Below are positions 32,097 to 35,069 of a stretch of DNA of 35,069 bases, in pieces; positions within the stretch are counted from its first letter, which is position 1; the number at the start of each line of letters is the position of its first letter. Both the position numbers and the translations under genes were made by a program. The DNA comes from Candidatus Adlerbacteria bacterium (lineage in GTDB: Bacteria; Patescibacteriota; Minisyncoccia; Phycocordibacterales; SBAW01): NCBI GenBank assembly GCA_028286785.1, contig JAQBQX010000005.1, positions 1-35,069 of the forward strand, written 5' to 3'. The notes beneath the pieces were generated by a model. The model had not been told where the DNA came from. It saw only the letters and a program-made list of their open reading frames with translations, and searched no databases.

Positions 32097-32575
32097 CCCA
32101 GAAAAATAATATCGCAACCACTGTGGCAAAAAAAACAGCTACAAAAAAAATTACAAGAAAGAAATTTGTCCCCGGCGATTTTGGCCTGAAAGTTAAACGC
32201 TCTACCGCTGGGCTCGGGTTGTTTGCAGGCACTGCCATCCCCAAAGGCGCGTGCGTTATCGAATATGTCGGCCGAACGCTGGAACCTGGCGAGGATCTGA
32301 CGAGCAATAGCCTCTATTTATTTGAGATAACTAAAACCAAGACAATCGACGGCACAGCACGCACTAACACAGCGCGGTACATCAACCATTCGTGCAAGCC
32401 CAACTGCGAAATCGAGTATAACAAGGGTCGCGTGTTTATCTTTGCGCTGCGCAATATCAAACCGGGAGAAGAGCTCAACTACGACTACGAAGAAGAATAT
32501 TTTAACGAGTACATCAAACCCAAGGGCTGCCGCTGCCGCAAATGTTCGCCGCAGCTATACGCAGAAGCCAAATAA
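32093..32575 (+). CDS. SET-domain protein-lysine methyltransferase with post-SET Cys motif
   Basis: GLGLFA, IEYVG, ARYINHSCKPN, ELNYDY, and post-SET CRCRKC. Lys-rich N-terminus (KKTATKKITRKK). The GTG start overlaps the upstream TGA (GTGA, 32093-32096). Confidence 0.9.
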   Translation: MTQKNNIATTVAKKTATKKITRKKFVPGDFGLKVKRSTAGLGLFAGTAIPKGACVIEYVGRTLEPGEDLTSNSLYLFEITKTKTIDGTARTNTARYINHSCKPNCEIEYNKGRVFIFALRNIKPGEELNYDYEEEYFNEYIKPKGCRCRKCSPQLYAEAK

Positions 32576-32586
32576 ACAGCATATAG

Positions 32587-32619
32587 AAAAACCACCACCC
32601 GACATGGGTGGTGGTTTTT
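32587..32619. terminator. Bidirectional rho-independent terminator
   Basis: 10-bp stem ACCACCACCC (32591-32600) / GGGTGGTGGT (32606-32615), flanked by an A5 run (32587-32591) and a T-run (to 32619). Lies between the convergent SET and KGG genes. Confidence 0.85.
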
Positions 32620-32647
32620 CCTATGAGATTGTTCTGCCTTTTATTTC

Positions 32648-32878
32648 TTATTCGCCGCTGAAGTCTTCGCTGTTGGATGAGTCACCGCCTTCTTGGTTAT
32701 TTCCTTGGCGGGCTTGGCCACCTTTGCGGCCAGCCTCGCGCGCCTCTTCCGAGGAGAACTCATGAGCTGTGCCCTTTTCATGGGCTGCTTTGCCGCCCTG
32801 GCTAGCTATTTCGCGCTGCTTGTCTTCGTCCATTGATGCGAACCCGCGGCCCTTGCTCTCATTGTTGTTCTTTTCCAT
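32648..32878 (-). CDS. KGG-repeat general stress protein (YciG/GsiB-like)
   Basis: Repeated (A/E)SxGGKAAH and AGRKGGQA motifs in a 76-aa hydrophilic protein. Confidence 0.8.
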   Translation of the reverse strand: MEKNNNESKGRGFASMDEDKQREIASQGGKAAHEKGTAHEFSSEEAREAGRKGGQARQGNNQEGGDSSNSEDFSGE

Positions 32879-32955
32879 ATAGATGTTGTGTTAACTAAGT
32901 AATAGCACCCATCCGACCTAGGTCTTACTGTAACGCAACGCGCATTAAGGATTGG

Positions 32956-33573
32956 TTAAGCTGTAGCGCCTAAAACTCCTTGTGCTAAGCCATATTTCAC
33001 AAACTCTACAGGGGTGAGAACAGTATTGTTTTTCATCATCTCTAGCACCTGCTCGGGTGTGAGTTTGCCGTGAGAATGTTCAGCTACGATGCTCGCGTAC
33101 TGCGTATCCTTGATACGGTCTTCCTCAAGCATGGCGCTCATTTCTGTGGCAGTAAAACGCTGGCCATTGGCAAACGTGCGGCCGGCAAGATGCAAAAGCG
33201 CAGTCGTGTGCGCGGTTATATAGCGAACATCTCCGGAAAGGAAGATGATCATGCCGGACGAGTCCACGTCGCCAGCGCCAATGGTGACCAGGCGCGGACG
33301 CAAAATGCTGCGCACGGTGTCATAAAAGCCCATTGCCGTACCCGATGGCCCACCTGCCGATGTGACGGTCAGGTAGAGCTCGTTGTTGGGGGTGGTGAGC
33401 ATGTGTTCTTTGATGCGGTTAAGCACCCTCTCGTTGGTGGCGTAGTTAACAACACCTAAATATTCGGCCACATGCTCGGGGGCAAAATGCATGGGCACCA
33501 ATGGAGTCTGCAGTGGAGAGAGAGTGAGCTTGTTGCGGGCTTGCGAGAGAATTGTTTTTCTTTGTGGAGACAC
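32956..33573 (-). CDS. Divergent ClpP-fold (S14-like) serine protease homologue
   Basis: ELYLTVTSAGGPSGTAMGFYDTV aligns with ClpP DIYLYINSPGGxxxAGxxIYDTM. Ser105 (GDVDSSG) and His128 (ALLHLAG) align with the ClpP Ser/His. GTG start, with TATAAT 7 nt upstream. Confidence 0.65.
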   Translation of the reverse strand: MSPQRKTILSQARNKLTLSPLQTPLVPMHFAPEHVAEYLGVVNYATNERVLNRIKEHMLTTPNNELYLTVTSAGGPSGTAMGFYDTVRSILRPRLVTIGAGDVDSSGMIIFLSGDVRYITAHTTALLHLAGRTFANGQRFTATEMSAMLEEDRIKDTQYASIVAEHSHGKLTPEQVLEMMKNNTVLTPVEFVKYGLAQGVLGATA

Positions 33574-33580
33574 TCAGTTC

Positions 33581-33586
33581 ATTATA
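33581..33586 (-). promoter_or_regulatory. Consensus -10 TATAAT 7 nt upstream of GTG 33573
   Basis: On the - strand: TATAAT (33586..33581), gaactga, GTG 33573. Confidence 0.5.
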
Positions 33587-33618
33587 AGTACAGGCAATAA
33601 ACATTCAAGCGCGACAGC

Positions 33619-33646
33619 AAAAAGCACCTCACTTTCCGAGGTGCTT
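33619..33646 (-). terminator. Rho-independent terminator after 33673..35013(-)
   Basis: GCACCTC (33624-33630) / GAGGTGC (33638-33644) with loop ACTTTCC. The A5 run 33619-33623 is a U-tract on the - strand. Confidence 0.8.
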
Positions 33647-33672
33647 CAAGCTCATCCGCTGTGGGTGGATGG

Positions 33673-35013
33673 TTAGTGGATAGTGACGACTGCGCTAACT
33701 ACTGTGCCGCTGTTCTGGCCGGTAAAGGTGTACGTATACGTACCCGCTGTTGATGGTGCTGTCATCGAACCTGTCGAGAAGTTACCGCCACCATCGGCGT
33801 GTACTGTGCGTACTGTCGAACCGTTTAGGGCAACCGTTACGTTTTCTTCATGGCCGAAATTGCGGCCGATAAAGTCGAGATTGCCGCCCGCCGATACGTT
33901 GCCGTAGTTGTTATCGATTGAACCGCTGCCCTGTGTTGGTGGGGTGACCGGTGGGGTTGTGGTGCCCTGGCCATTGAGCTGGTTGATCCATCCTTGGATC
34001 TGGCTGCTGAAGGATGGGAACTGGCCCAACAAGCCGGTGAGCTGATTGATCAGGTCCTGCAGCGGTGTGGTAGATGTCGCGTTGCTGACCGTCACCATGG
34101 TCGGCATGCTCCAGCTGCTGGTTGCTCCTGCTGAATCCATCGCGCGTACATGCCACCAATACGTGCCTGCGGACGTGTTGGATGTGTTGATCGATGTGCT
34201 GCTTAGCGAACCCGATTGAAAGACCGGGCTGGTGAACGCGCCGCCCAGGCTCCCGGTTGTTGATCCGTTAGACGATTCGTACTGGTATGTGTACGGTCCG
34301 GTGCCGCCAGTCGCCATGCTCCAGTTTGCGCTGGTCCACTGCGCCGAGGTCAGCGTGGCGCCATTGGCTGGCGAGGTGTTGGCGGGTGCCATCAGTGCGG
34401 TTGATGTGCCGGTTGTGCTGCCGAAGCTGTAAGATGTCCCGCCCACGTTTGCTTGGGTAATGTCGATATTCTGCATGCCGTTCTGGAAGGCCCATCCTGC
34501 ATCAGCAACGAGCTGGATGCCTGTCACTGTGGTCGAGCCGAATGCTGCAAGCAAGTGTGCGTAGGTGTCGTACTGTGCACCGCCCGGCAATTGGGAGGTG
34601 TCTACCGAACGCGCGCTTGAAAGCAAGTTACCTGATGTTGTTGCGGTGTTTTGCGTACAACCCGTGTAGTTAGGTTGTGGCCCAATGTACGCAAACACGT
34701 TCTTTGTGGTGCTACCGCTCATGACATTGATCTGGAAGCGGGGCGAACCGCCACCACAGTCAGTGCCCAATACGTTATACGTGGCGGAAAGCGTCCCCAA
34801 GCTTGCCAAGGTTGTGCTTGAAGCAATAGGGAAGTCGATCCCGCTGTAGTCGTTGGCGGTTGAGACGTCGGCGGTATTAGATACCAAACTCGCCGTCCCA
34901 GAACCCATGGTTGCACCGCCAAACAAGTTTGGCGTAGCTGCAAACGCGACTGATGCGCTAAGCATCAATGCTGCAGCGGTAATACTGCCTGCTAATGCTG
35001 CATATTTTTTCAT
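33673..35013 (-). CDS. Secreted Ser/Thr/Gly-rich surface protein, function unknown
   Basis: Signal peptide MKKYAALAGSITAAALMLSASVAFA/A. S/T/G-rich beta-type composition. No catalytic motif recognised. Confidence 0.8.
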   Translation of the reverse strand: MKKYAALAGSITAAALMLSASVAFAATPNLFGGATMGSGTASLVSNTADVSTANDYSGIDFPIASSTTLASLGTLSATYNVLGTDCGGGSPRFQINVMSGSTTKNVFAYIGPQPNYTGCTQNTATTSGNLLSSARSVDTSQLPGGAQYDTYAHLLAAFGSTTVTGIQLVADAGWAFQNGMQNIDITQANVGGTSYSFGSTTGTSTALMAPANTSPANGATLTSAQWTSANWSMATGGTGPYTYQYESSNGSTTGSLGGAFTSPVFQSGSLSSTSINTSNTSAGTYWWHVRAMDSAGATSSWSMPTMVTVSNATSTTPLQDLINQLTGLLGQFPSFSSQIQGWINQLNGQGTTTPPVTPPTQGSGSIDNNYGNVSAGGNLDFIGRNFGHEENVTVALNGSTVRTVHADGGGNFSTGSMTAPSTAGTYTYTFTGQNSGTVVSAVVTIH

Positions 35014-35069
35014 AAACGTTACGTAATCTAGTTGCTAATAGTTCTAATACTAGTAAGAGGGTGATATTA

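Noticed and set aside
1-35069. Alternative genetic code (UGA recoded, as in some candidate phyla)
   Set aside because: TGA terminates several well-conserved proteins at their expected C-termini (response regulator 19684, kinase 18687, lexA 30587, exonuclease fusion 32094). No conserved gene needs in-frame TGA read-through. The standard code fits.

Overview
Gene-dense chromosomal bacterial window with about 36 protein genes, read with the standard genetic code. I see no rRNA, tRNA, CRISPR array, transposase or integrase. Gene order, left to right: dnaG-rpoD pair; stand-alone PD-(D/E)XK nuclease; two small orphan ORFs; DsbA-like oxidoreductase; PolB-type 3'-5' exonuclease; hisS; truB; nrdA-nrdB ribonucleotide reductase whose beta subunit has the class Ic (Chlamydia-type) Asp->Glu and Tyr->Phe signature; DUF1360-like membrane protein; a (-)-strand mannoside operon; an OmpR-type regulator with a two-TM histidine kinase; an envelope block (PAP2-like, two DedA paralogues, GT4, alpha/beta hydrolase, GT2, Ig-repeat/peptidoglycan-binding surface protein, G1 glutamic peptidase); a MASE1 hybrid kinase; lexA; a KGG stress protein; a divergent ClpP-like protein; and a secreted S/T-rich protein. 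The mannoside operon comprises a type II PMI cupin, a membrane-anchored GH130, a fusion of two GH130 modules, a eukaryotic-type PMM-like HAD-IIB enzyme and a Gmad2 Ig-like protein. lexA carries a perfect GAAC-N4-GTTC box in its own promoter and is followed by a DnaQ-exonuclease/GIY-YIG (Cho-like) fusion that overlaps a SET-domain methyltransferase by 4 nt. Main observations: (1) the compact GH130/PMM/PMI module, which could carry beta-mannosides to fructose-6-P; (2) the lexA / exonuclease-Cho / SET unit; (3) a Pribnow-like hexamer, 11 times exactly TATACT, lies 5-9 nt upstream of about two thirds of the start codons with no Shine-Dalgarno, implying mostly leaderless mRNAs, even inside operons; (4) class Ic RNR, a G1 peptidase, a ClpP-like protein apparently lacking the triad Asp, and a 23-nt tandem direct repeat upstream of the two-component operon. 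The gene content suggests a small-genome, Gram-positive-type lineage such as Patescibacteria/CPR, but I cannot establish this from the sequence alone. All family calls come from by-eye motif recognition, not database searches.
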